A stretch of DNA of 39,002 nucleotides, from the NCBI RefSeq assembly GCF_001194135.2, contig NC_068987.1:71633411-71672412 (forward strand), in the 5' to 3' direction. Numbering within the stretch: the first letter of the stretch is position 1; each line of letters starts with the position of its first letter. This document shows, one piece after another, positions 11,107 through 23,379 of this stretch. The notes beneath the pieces are model-generated. The model ran no database searches and was not told where the DNA came from. It saw nothing but the letters and a program-made list of their open reading frames with translations. Source of the DNA: Octopus bimaculoides (Eukaryota). A program made the translations under genes and the position numbers.

Positions 11107-12644
11107 ATTTTGTATTGCACACATCCCATAATAAAGTTTCTATATATTTAATATTTCAGCACAGAAATATTATCCTAGCAGTGTGACATTATACGACAAA
11201 TATTCTTCAGATCAGACTCTGGATTTTAAGATCGTCGCATTGGCATACTAACTATGATGCTTTGTAAACTTTCGTGAGATGATAAACCCTAAGCAGGTTA
11301 AGCGGGCAAATATACAACTTTATATAGTTGTAGAGTTTAAAAAAAATCTTCTCAAAATCACTACTGAAATGTAGTGTCAATAGTATTTTTGTTTTCCTTC
11401 CCTTTTTTTTATTCTTTACACCTTTCTTCAAATGATGGTTCCTATTCTGGCTAGAGAAGTGTTACACACATACACACATGCACACACACGCACACACGCA
11501 CTATATGTGTACGCGCGTATGAGTAAGTAAATATGCATGCACATATATATGTGTTTAACATATTTCGGTGATATATATCTTTCCACGTTTCTCCAAATGG
11601 TGGCTCTTTGGTTGAACGGGTGTTACACACACGGACACAACACACTCACTCACACACATAACACACATACATACATACATGCACGCATACTCACATGTGC
11701 ATACATCTATACATATATGCGTGCGAGTATGAGGTACCAAGTAAGCATTCATATATGTATGTTTGTATACGTGTAATGCTTTTCGATGTTTACTTCTCAC
11801 CGAACGCTGTAAAAATTGTAAAATGGTGCTTTAAAACCCATTCCTTGTGGTATTTGTTTCATCCCAGTTCCACAGACAATCGTTCGCCATTATCACCCTT
11901 TTAAATGCAGTAAACCAATGATTGGCTCGTTGAGAGCCTATAGCCAGCGAGATGGTTATTTTTTACCAAACGCTCTATCAAAAAGAAAAATAATAAATAT
12001 GAACATCTGGTGAATTACAATGACTTCTATTGTTACAAAACTGGTGAAATAGACAATAAGAGAAAAAGAAAAACACGATGAAATCATAAGTACATTTTTC
12101 TTTCTTAGAAAAATTAATTATGAAGTTGTCTCAAAGAAAAGCATCAGACATTGTTTTTTTTGTTTTTTTTTTCACTTACTAATTTATCGAAATATGTGTA
12201 AGTGTGATGAAAGATGGTGAAAAGCATATAAGTTGTATAACTTCGCAAAACACCTGCGGAAGAGTTAAAGCATCGCTATATCTTTCTCAATGGCCAAAAT
12301 GTCGCGAAAAAACAACATTATACTGATCTATATGATATTTAAATGCTACGCTTTTTAAGTTAATTTTGTATTTGTTTGATATACTTGTTTTTTCAGTTTT
12401 CTGGGTATTTTTTTTAATTTTTATAATTCTAAATATCAGCCGACATAAAAACTGTGTTGCTAATAGTTCGTTCTCATTCTACCGTTATTTTCCTTTTCTT
12501 TGTTGTTATACAATTCTTTTTTTCAGTATTGTTTATTGCTGCTATTGGGGATGTTGCTGTTGTTACTGTAGCTGTTACTGCTTTTGCTGCCACTGCTGCG
12601 ATTTCCTACAACTATTGTTGTCCATGCACCGACGAAGGACCGTC

Positions 12645-12720
12645 TGCGTGTTCGCTCAACCAGCCTAAAAAATAGTAGTCAAAATTCTTCCTTAAATGAT
12701 ACTCAACTCCCACCTCCATT
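12645..12720. mobile_element. Family D repeat fragment
   Basis: GTTCGCTCAACCAGCCTAAAAAATAGTAGTCAAAATTCTTCCTTAAAT parallels 1748-1790 and 18260-18305. Confidence 0.5.
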
Positions 12721-12884
12721 TTTCTAAACAAATGTAGAAGAATACATTGTCGCGGCGTTTCTCAAGGTGAAACTCAAAAGCGACAGGTGGGCTGCGGCAG
12801 CTTCTGGTGGGACATGGAGTTTTGGAATGGGGCGTAAATAAGTAACATAGAAATAAGTTGCAATAAAGATTTTATTAAAACTAT

Positions 12885-12889
12885 GCATG

Positions 12890-12942
<53 letters not shown>

Positions 12943-13489
12943 CTGTGTGTGTATGTATGTATGTATGTATCTGTGTATATACACACATATATGTGCATCT
13001 ATACATATGTGTATATATACATACATATGTGTGTATATATACATGCATACGTGTATGTATACATATTTTCGCCATGATAGATCGCTAACCACTACACACA
13101 TTTTTTCTCTCTTTGTTTCTTTCTGTGTTCCTTTCTGTGGAAGAGCGTAGGCTCGAAACGTTAAAGACTTTTTCAATTCGCGAGCGTTAGACTAATACAT
13201 CTATTTGTTTTCTACACCACCTGTCTTCATCTGTTGTTTTTTTTTGTGAATTCTCCCTATATGGATATATATACATATATAAATGCATATATACATATCC
13301 ATAAATATAAATATATATAATCATATATACATATATGTATATCCATATATATACATATAAATACATATATACAAACAGATATATATAGAGAGAGATAGAT
13401 CAATATATATATAATATACATACATTTTTATATATACTTATACACACACATATATATACATATATATAGATACATATATATATATAATT

Positions 13490-13530
<41 letters not shown>

Positions 13531-13580
13531 NNNNNNNNNNNNNNNNNNNNNNNNNNNNNNNNNNNNNNNNNNNNNNNNNN

Positions 13581-13622
<42 letters not shown>
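12885..13622. repeat. TA/CA/TG low-complexity and microsatellite zone with N-gap 13531-13580
   Basis: Direct reading (12885-13060 and 13260-13622). Confidence 0.9.
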
Positions 13623-13626
<4 letters not shown>

Positions 13627-13744
13627 CTTTGTTAGTTCATCAAGAAGCAGTTTTTGTTCTTTTCTTTTCCTTTTTCTGAAACATCGAAGAAGTGCATGCG
13701 GCAAAAAACGTTGAAAAATACTGCGTTGAATAAGGCACTCATCT

Positions 13745-14115
13745 TGGATCACTCAGAGGTTGAATGTATTCCGTCAATGGTGTCTACACTGAATACTTTC
13801 CATCACGAGAGGAAGAAAATCAGAAACATTAACGTCCTGAAAATAGCGAATCTACGCAAGCGTACTAGAGGTTGTGACGAACAGAAGAGTGAGATTTGCT
13901 GATCTCCGCTTGCGACAACCAGAAGAATGCATACCCAAAACAGCTACACAATAGGTATCATTAGAGGGGCGAAGGGAAAGAGGGAAGCCCAAGAAAACAT
14001 GGCGCCCCTTTTCAAAGATTTGAAGCAATTTAGCACTACCAAAGACGATGAAAGCCACTATACTCAAAACCGGGATGCCCCCTAGGAAGCAAGCTTAAGT
14101 AATAAGTAGTACTAG
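13745..14115 (+). mobile_element. RTE-clade LINE, 3' end of ORF (degenerate)
   Basis: With 2 frameshifts: TQRLNVFRQWCLH*ILSIT / KIRNINVLKIANL / SVLEVVTNRRVRFADLRLRQPEECIPKTATQ*VSLEGRRERGKPKKTWR, the typical RTE RT C-terminus, ending in a TAAGTA-like tail. Confidence 0.85.
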
Positions 14116-17100
14116 TAGAATTTATTCTCATAGACACTTTCAATAACTCCATGAGAGAAATTTCAGGAAGTGAGTCGGATAAAAGAATAAGATATTGAAC
14201 TGCATACTCCCGTGCCATGAGTTTTAATTTCAGCTGTCGTATCCTTGTGTGCCTGAAAACATATTTTCTATATTGCTCCATTTTTACACAATTGTCTAAA
14301 ATAGGCACGAGATAATCAGAGAATGTTCAGTTTTTGAACAGTGTCTTGCAATCGTCTTACTCTGCCTCTGGTTGTTACATTAAGTTACATATTCTGGTCG
14401 GTGTAGACATGAACTCGGTCCACGGTCATCTTACTCCAATCAAGCGTGGTGATATTTTTTGAAATGATGTTCAGTTTTAACCTGAAGGGTAAAACACTGA
14501 GATTCACTTGACAGTATGGCGGGTTATAATTTCCAGAACAAAGCAGTTCCGATGGGAAAATATCAATATACGCTAACTGCGTGTAATAGATAACGCATTA
14601 AACTGATGATGGCGTATTAAACTCATTAGAATATTTAATATGCTATCTAAAACACAGAAGAGAGAAATAGTTGTTAGGTATGGCTTTTAGACACCGTTCA
14701 CATGTTTAGAAGAATGAAGACCGTTGTGGTATTGATCGTAGGAATACAGACGGGTAATACAGCTCAGCAATGTGATAGTGTTTGTAGCATATTGGCAAGT
14801 ACAGGTTTGGTTACATAGATAATGTTCTAATGTGCTTGAATTTATATGTGTTTGTGTGTATATTTATTATGTGGTTGTGTGTGTATACAACTGATTTCTT
14901 TCCGAAATCTATAAGGTGTACTTTAATGCAGGAAGTAAATGCCTTGTAGAAAATCGGTTACTGTCCGTGGCTTTACTATATTAGGAGAAAGAAGAGTTAA
15001 AAACGTGATTGTTGGTGCGGATCCGCTCCACTAAAATTCAAACATTGAAATTTCTATCCTTGATATAATCATAAAATTTGTTAGTTCTATATTTGAAAAG
15101 TTGGGGAAATTAATAATCTCCAACAGGCTTCTTGTTTTGTTTTGAATTTATTTTCTTTGTTCTTTGTTTGTTTTTTAATTTTATTTTGCTGTGTGGATAG
15201 GAGAGCATGCAGTATAAAAATTTAACTTTTCTCTTTTAGTTTTTTGTTTTTTGTTTTTAATGTTTAACCCTTGGAACATTAGATTAAATAATGTCGCCCA
15301 GAAAGCTATAAAATGCATTCATTTGGATAGATGAAAGAAAAAGAAATACCCATTTGATTTACTGGAATTATCGACCTTAACGTATCTAACTTTGAGAAAT
15401 ATTCATTTAATGTCATAAATTGCTTATATTTTAATGCTGAAAAAAAATATTTTTAACACGAATTTATGTAACAGAACTTCATCGTTTAATATAAATGCAT
15501 AAATCAGTCATCACCTATATTAGGCGCTACTTTTATCCAGTTTATCTCTACAGTATTTTAGATATATCTATATTAACGGTTTGTTTTGTTTCTCTTCTGT
15601 TTTTTTATTCATTTTCATACCTGATTTCTATATTGCTAAAATAATATTGATTCTATTTTAACAACGACGTCCATTATCCTGTATAAACTGTCGTCTGAAG
15701 ATACAAAAATAATAAAAGTTCTTTAACAACGATAAAAAAGCAAAATATTGCACACATTTTCATTGCATGAAGTTTTAAGTGTACAATAAATACATATAAG
15801 TGGATGGATATAACTATACAGATGTATACTGAGAAGGTTCTCCGAACGTTATGGACACTAAATCTCTTCCTTTGGATAAAGAATATCGAAAATATACTCA
15901 GACTATCGATTTCATTTGACTTCACATACACAGCGCTGTTTTGCGGGGTGGTTTATAATTGACTGAATTTACTCCAGGATATTTCATGGTACTTATTTTA
16001 CCAAACTCCAGAACCTGAAGTTCAAAATTACTCCTGGTGGAATTAACTCAAAAGGAATGAGCTGAATTAAATTTGGGCTTCTACCTCTGCACAAGTATAA
16101 TTTTAGCGACGGTTTTGTTTTTGTTTTGTTATTTGTTTTGTTTTTGTTTTTTTGCTTGGTTTTTTTTTTCTTGTTTTCATAATAGGCCTCGATTTTTGTG
16201 AGAGAGTAAACAGATTTTCTAAGAATAACAAACGCATAATTGATGAGAAATATCTCTTGCCAGGAATTCAAACTTCGTCCAGTTCTCGATCCACTCATAC
16301 TTTGAAAATGGGTCTGAAACTATTAACAAATTACAAATTTACCAAAGGAAGTATTGCTTACGTGTAGTATAATACACAGTAATACTTATATAATTTTACT
16401 TATGGTGGTGAAAAATCATTATATTATTGATTAATCTGGTCAAGAAGGGCAAGAAAGATTACCGTCGAATTTAGAATGATTAAAAATAGAATATCGTAGG
16501 GAGTGAGTATGATCTTATTTAACGATTAATATTTGTTTAAAATAAAAAGGCAAATTGTCGTACATTTGCATAGGAACCATGACTGGGATGAAGCGATGGA
16601 TTTCTTGGGTGTTTATCGGAGATAGCTTTAAGAGGAACTTAATAGAAAATTCCCAAGCGTTTACCTGAATCATAACTATAATCACCAATCTAAATACTGT
16701 CAATACCTTGGGCATTACTTTAGATCTCCAAGATAGGCAAATATTACCGCCACAGAAAGGCGATCAACGAGAAGACATTTTACATTCATAGGAATTCCAA
16801 TCACCTACAGCTATTATTAGAGACAGAGTAACCACAGCTATTAGATGTATCTCAAATTTATCCACAGATAGGGATTTCTCTAAGAGAATTACATTTCATT
16901 ACGAACAGGCGTTATCAAGAAGTTTTAGTAAGAAGTTACTATACACAAAAGATCGTCCATACTAGTCCGACGTCCGAAGACAATTAGGAAAAGAAAACAA
17001 TTTAATGCAGTATTCCATGCAACCTAAAAGCAAGTAGCAAATAAATTTCTATCCCTTATTAGACACCATTCCATTTTCAGTCATATATAAATATCGCAAC

Positions 17101-17639
17101 AGTTTAACATACATAACGTTAAAGCTGATTATTCCTAGACAACATGGCGTCCAAAGCCGTACACTATAATAGAAGAAAAAGTATAAATCTTCACAGCCAC
17201 TAGTCTAGGAACCGACGTGGAATTGATGGAACAACCAACCTACCCACTCAGGTGATTCTGTCTGTTTAGCACAGGAATTTGTAGATCGACTCTCACTGCA
17301 TGTGATATCATCTTGGTGATTTACACCAGATGCACTCTTTTGAATCCAGAACCAAGGAAATCACCTCCACTGTCCTATCCGACTTGGTTCAGAGACTTCG
17401 AGAGCATAATATAACAAGGGCGTTGCTATCGTTAGGTCTGTCTGCGAAACTGTACATAGAAAGTACTGTATTCCTTAAGAGGAAGGCTGAAATTTCATAC
17501 AACTATCATCAACGGACCTCGCTATCAATTTTATATCATTAGTTAATCGCACTGTTCCATAATTTCCACCAAAATTCTACAGTAATTCTGCTGGAATTCC
17601 TACTGAAATTAAAGGAAACTACTCTTATCAATTACATGT

Positions 17640-17830
17640 GAGATGTTCCCCATTCCGTACTGCTTATTGTCGACCAGTGTTTCAGTACGGACTTGAATAG
17701 GCTAATATTAACGAGCATTATCCAATTTCAAAAGGTGTTCTCTGAGACAGCTAACGGCATCAGATTTGTAGGTGTAGTATCGGAAGGATCCTTGATGTGA
17801 ATTTGTGTTGAAATAAATTTTGCTGAGTCT
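17640..17830 (+). mobile_element. Possible non-LTR retrotransposon RT C-terminal remnant
   Basis: FRTAYCRPVFQYGLE* resembles the LINE motif Y.T..RP.L.YG.E; flanks are too decayed to confirm. Confidence 0.3.
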
Positions 17831-17847
17831 TGGGAAGGTCATTACAC

Positions 17848-17854
17848 CAACAAC

Positions 17855-17928
<74 letters not shown>

Positions 17929-17938
17929 CAACAACAAC

Positions 17939-17997
<59 letters not shown>
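17848..17997. repeat. (AAT)n with central (AAC)n interruption
   Basis: Direct reading. Confidence 0.97.
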
Positions 17998-17998
<1 letters not shown>

Positions 17999-18096
17999 CA
18001 CGCACTGGATGTTTATTATTATTGGTGCATTGGCATAAAGACCCTCGCAGGGCTCATGTTTGTGTACGTATGTGTGTGCATGTGTGTGTGTACGTG

Positions 18097-18140
<44 letters not shown>

Positions 18141-18254
18141 TGTGTGTGCGTGTGTCTGTGCGTGCATGCGTGCACGAAACAAACTTTTGTAGAGATACGA
18201 CACACTCATACTTTACTCACATTCGGTAAAAATTAAGAGACGTAGAACTACTTA

Positions 18255-18420
18255 GTAGCTACACCTGCTAAGAAAAATAGCAGCTAAATCTGCCTCAAAT
18301 CACATTTTATCATCTAAGACAGGAAACGACACGGTGGGTAACAACAGCCTTAGCGAAATACGATGTAGTGTTCATAACTGGCTCAGTTATCGCCATAACC
18401 TGTTCTATCAGGGATGACCG
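18255..18420. mobile_element. Family D repeat copy
   Basis: AAATAGCAGCTAAATCTGCCTCAAATCAC...TCTATCAGGGATGACC parallels 1760-1890. Confidence 0.55.
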
Positions 18421-18759
18421 TAAGATGAGTGAAAAGAATAACATCATAAAGAACATTATTATGCTGCTTCTTTCATTTTTCTTTTTTGCGTTTTTCCTAC
18501 TATTGACATTTATCATTTTATTCTAAAACAATGTAGAAAGTTCTAACAATGGAAAGAGAGAATATCTAAACATTAAGCGATATACAAAACAATGAAGAGA
18601 ATTAAAATATATAAAAGACAATTTAGACTATTTAGAAAATGAATATAATCTTTAGCCTATCAAAGAGAGGGTGAGGCAAACACAAACATACAAACACTAC
18701 ATCCACGCACGCACACACACACTCACGTATGCACATATATGTGTATTGCTTATAACATA

Positions 18760-19110
<351 letters not shown>

Positions 19111-19897
19111 TCTCTGCTACTTTTAATTATTAGACATCTTCCTATAGGAAGGAGCCAGTTTCAAAGATACAACGCTCCATCATGGGAATGTAGATGATAA
19201 AAATGCATTCACATTTTGAACTTCAGGAAAGCTTTGCATATTTTTACTATTCCGCTAACAGACTGTATTTGTAACGTGTGAGTTTGGACCTTTTTGTTTT
19301 GTTCTTTTTTTTTTTTTCGTCATGTTCATGAATTTCCAACTGGCGATGTTCTAGCATCGGTCTGATTACTTTGCTTCTAATAATGTATTTCTAAAACCTA
19401 TCGAAAGCAGCCTACTCCATAGAGAGTAAGTTTACGCTAACAAAGGTATTAGCAAATTCAAAACGATTTCTCGCTCATTTTCGCATCGTGGCGTGTTATA
19501 CTGCCGAAATGTTAATGATTGTTACCTTGTCTGTCTGAAAGCTGACTGACGAAGGAAACCGCCGTTTGGTTTGCAGAAACGTGACCTCTAGTTATGTGGG
19601 GTTTTTTCTGAGTTATTCATTTTGTTCTAAGTGGAAAATTTCCACAGCTTTGAATATTTTCACTTTCAGTTATTTATTTATTTTTTCGTATTACAATGTC
19701 GAACATTACATCGGTGAGCATGCGCTAAATTCAACGCATACAAACATGCATACATACATACATGGACTATAAAAATCTGCAAGACCTTATTCAGATTTAA
19801 AGACTGATGGTTAAAACAAGATACTTTCCCTCACAACCATACTACCAAGTAGATAGTTGGTCAAAATTTGCTCTAAAATTAGAAAGAGAAAGAGAAC

Positions 19898-19996
19898 ATG
19901 CATACATACATACATACATACATACATACATACATACATACATACATACATACATGCATACATACATACATACATACATACATACATACATACATA
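19898..19996. repeat. (CATA)n microsatellite (another at 20220-20298)
   Basis: Direct reading. Confidence 0.95.
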
Positions 19997-20103
19997 AATT
20001 CAAAATAGGATAAAAATCTTTTACAACAATTTTATCAGGAAGCTAATGTGTAAAAAAATTCATAAGGGAAATTTCTATTCCCAAGAATATAATTATTCGT
20101 TTA

Positions 20104-20221
20104 TATTTATATAGGGGCATTACTACAGAATAATGCCACACAACAGACTTCCCACTAAAATGTGTTTATTTGGGAAATCTGTTGTGTGGCATTATTCTGT
20201 AGCAATGCCCTTATATAAATA
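20104..20221. other. 118-nt hairpin, 51-bp arms with 3 substitutions and 16-nt loop (MITE or hairpin RNA)
   Basis: 20104-20154 is the reverse complement of 20171-20221 at 48/51 positions. Confidence 0.8.
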
Positions 20222-20710
20222 CATACATACATACATACAAACATACATACATACATACATACATACATACACACATACATATATGCATACATACATACGT
20301 GCAATCATATAAGCTGATCGAAAGCAAAACCAGTAAGTAAAATGAAATTTTCCTTCTCCTGCAAAAATCTTTTGGCTACCACCTGCATTGCAGTTTTATT
20401 CAGTAAAACTTTTTGCACGTTATCTTTTTTTATATGAAAACTTTTTTATAGGAAATCTTTTTTATACGAGAACCTATTTTCTGCACGAAAACTTTTCAGT
20501 CATATAGTATGTGTAAACCTCACCTTGTTAAACCATACTAATGTTTTTACAATAAAATTGTAATATGATAATATCTTTATTTTCGTATATATATAGCTAT
20601 GTAATAGAAATATTTACCTTTTATGTTAAAAATGCAGCTCGTTTTATTCAAATTATTTCCATGTGTGTGTGCACGTGCGTGTGTGTGTGTATGTGTGTGA
20701 GTATGTATAT

Positions 20711-20845
20711 GCGCAGGCGTGGCTGTATCCTAAGAAATTTGCTCCACAACCACAGCGTTCCCGGTTCAATCCCACAGAGCGTCACCTTGGGCAAGTGTCT
20801 TCTACTATAGTCTCGGGCTGACCAAAGCTTTGTGAGTGGATACAT
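20711..20845 (+). mobile_element. SINE family B 5' part (tRNA-derived head)
   Basis: GCGCAGGCGTGGCTGT..GGTTCAATCCC B-box..CACCTTGGGCAAGTGTCTTCTACTATAG; reverse copy at 24652-24812. Confidence 0.85.
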
Positions 20846-20979
20846 ATACGAAATGCAGAAACAAACGGAAAACAGACACATAAAATCATCAAATCCTCGT
20901 CAGTTATCGGTCAGAGGGTCAAACGGAATTTCGCGCCTTCAGCGATAATATTACTTCCCTTCTGGAGGTACCGGCAGAA

Positions 20980-21260
20980 TGAAGCCGCTGGGAAATGGCG
21001 AGCCAACGAATAAGGGACCAAACATGACTGAAGGTGAACAAACAAACAAGAAATAAATAAATATGGAATATAGAACTGGACATAGAAACCTGAATAAATG
21101 TGGTTCAAGATGAGACCATTAGTGGACGGACAAGAGAAAAGACGAAACCCAAGAAGACAAAATGTAGACATACGAACAAACTGAAATAAATAGACAGAAT
21201 GCAACATTAGGGCCAGACAGGAGACGTAAATATGGCTAACGCTAATAGGGCTATCATAAA
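20980..21260 (+). mobile_element. Possible RTE LINE 3' remnant (highly decayed)
   Basis: Fragments QRIRDQT, W..TGH and GTREKTKPKKT occur in the order expected for an RTE RT C-terminus; many frameshifts. Confidence 0.35.
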
Positions 21261-21459
21261 GGATTTGCAACGAAAGTACAACAGATAGACAGCCAAACGG
21301 GCTGAAAGTGAGAGACTAGAGAAGATACGATCAGTCGCTTCGGCGGTCGGCGAGAAAAGCAAAGTGTATATATANNNNNNNNNNNNNNNNNNNNNNNNNN
21401 NNNNNNNNNNNNNNNNNNNNNATATATATACATACACACATGTGTGTGCATGTGTGTTT

Positions 21460-21655
21460 TCACACACCACCACTTGAAAACCGATACTGGTGTGTTTATG
21501 TCACCGTAACTTAGCGGTTCGGCAAAAAAATAACCGATAAAATAAGTATCTGATTTATCAAATAAGTACTGTAGTCGATTGGCTTGATTAAAAATCCTTC
21601 AACGGTGTGCCCCAGCAAGGCCGCAGTCTAATGACTGAAACAAGTAAAAGAATAT
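21460..21655 (+). mobile_element. SINE family B body/3' tail
   Basis: CCGATACTGGTGTGTTTATGTCACCGTAACTTAGCGGTTCGGC...GGCCGCAGTCTAATGACTGAAACAAGTAAAAG. Linking this body to the family B head relies on my recall of the Octopus element. Confidence 0.8.
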
Positions 21656-21679
21656 ACATATACCTATGACGGAGCACCA

Positions 21680-21795
21680 CCTGGTACTTATTCTATCGGT
21701 CACTTTTGCTGAATTCCTAAGTTACGGGGACGTAAACACATCAGCACTAATTGTCAAACAATGTTGGGGGACAAAATACAAAGACGCACACACAC
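21680..21795 (-). mobile_element. SINE family B body, inverted relative to 21460-21550
   Basis: Reverse complement GTGTTTACGTCCCCGTAACTTAGG..CAAAAGTGACCGATAGAATAAGTACC aligns to the adjacent copy. Confidence 0.8.
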
Positions 21796-21825
21796 TCACA
21801 TACACGTGTGTGTGTGTATATATAT

Positions 21826-21865
21826 ATATATTATATTATATTATATTATATTATATTATATTATA
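21826..21865. repeat. (TATAT)n pentanucleotide repeat
   Basis: Direct reading. Confidence 0.9.
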
Positions 21866-23000
21866 GGCAAAATCAAAAACCAAGGCAGAATGAGTATCTC
21901 AAGTCATTTAGAATAATTTAATTTGGGTAAGATGAATTTGAAGTCTTACAGTCATTTGTGGGATAACCGAAGTGGTAGGTTAGCACGTAAACGCATTGGG
22001 CATTCCATTATCAGAGACATGGTATGAATATTTTAGATAGGGAAAATTTACAGTTTACAAGGAATAAAATTCACAGTTTATAAAGAATAAAATATAATAA
22101 TAAAGGAGTAAATAGAAGAATAAAGAGTAAAGGTAGTTAGAAGAATAAAGGCAAGAGAATAATGTTCACAGCTCATCTTTTTCCATAGGATATGGATGTT
22201 TGGTCGGTATTTCCATGAAGGTTACAAGTCCTTAGCTAAAATTCCAGTCAAATCCAGGCAGTATTTTGGCAGTATTTTGAATGGTTTATTCATATTGTAA
22301 ATGTGTATGTAGAGCGAGAAAGTAAGGTAGACATAAATTAGTTTTGTGAGTGGGTATACATGGGAGAGAGAGGAGGAAGCGAGAAAGAAGAGGGGGTGGG
22401 AGAAAGGAATAAAAATTAGATAGGGATAAAAAGGGTAAATAAATAAGAAAACAATTAAGATAAAATAAAGTAAAGGTAATGATAGAGATCTCATGAGTTT
22501 TCTGACTGGGTGTATATGGAAGAGGGAGGAGAAATGGAATAAAAATAGTATAAATGAGTAAAAATAAGTATAAAAATATAATAAAAGTAAACGTAATGAT
22601 AGAGATATGTCAGTATTGTATCGGGATGAGAGGTCAAACATTAAAGTTTCAGTAATGTGGGAGTTACAAAGAACGATATTATAGTGGCTAGCACTGATAT
22701 TTAGAATTATATTTCAAGTTTAATAGCATTTAAATGATACGAGATAAGGTATTAAGAATTAGATTTAAAACTTAAAATTAAAAATTAAAGACTAAAAACT
22801 AAAACCTAAGCTTAAAATTACAAAGTAAGAAAAATAGAATAAAGCCTAAAAAACTACAAAACCTAAAAACTTTGAAATGAAACTAGCTTCTAAGTTATTT
22901 ATGTCGATAGAGAACTAAAAGAAAAGAAAGCCTAGCTATCTTCTAAGATACTTATGTTGATAGAGAGGTAGAGGAAATAGAAGAGATCGTACACTCAGGT

Positions 23001-23039
<39 letters not shown>

Positions 23040-23379
23040 CATACACATATATACATACATATACATACATACATGTACATATATACATACACATATATGT
23101 ATGCACACACATGAGCGCACATATATGCATACACACATATACACACATATTCTCACACACACACACACACACACACACACANNNNNNNNNNNNNNNNNNN
23201 NNNNNNNNNNNNNNNNNNNNNNNNNNNNNNNNNNNNNNNNNNNNNNNNNNNNNNNNNNNNNNNNNNNNNNNNNNNNNNNNNNNNNNNNNNNNNNNTATAT
23301 ATATATATATATATATATATATTGTAACGACCATGGATGGATGTGTTATGCGTGTTGATTTTGTTTGCATTTGGACCTA

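Noticed and set aside
11914-11926. CCAATGATTGG double CCAAT palindrome (promoter?)
   Set aside because: A single short motif with no associated gene or CpG-rich context.
18319-18419. Plus-strand exon-like segment with YDVVFITGS (GATase/MoCF-like)
   Set aside because: Coincides with a family D repeat; the motif is too short to be meaningful.
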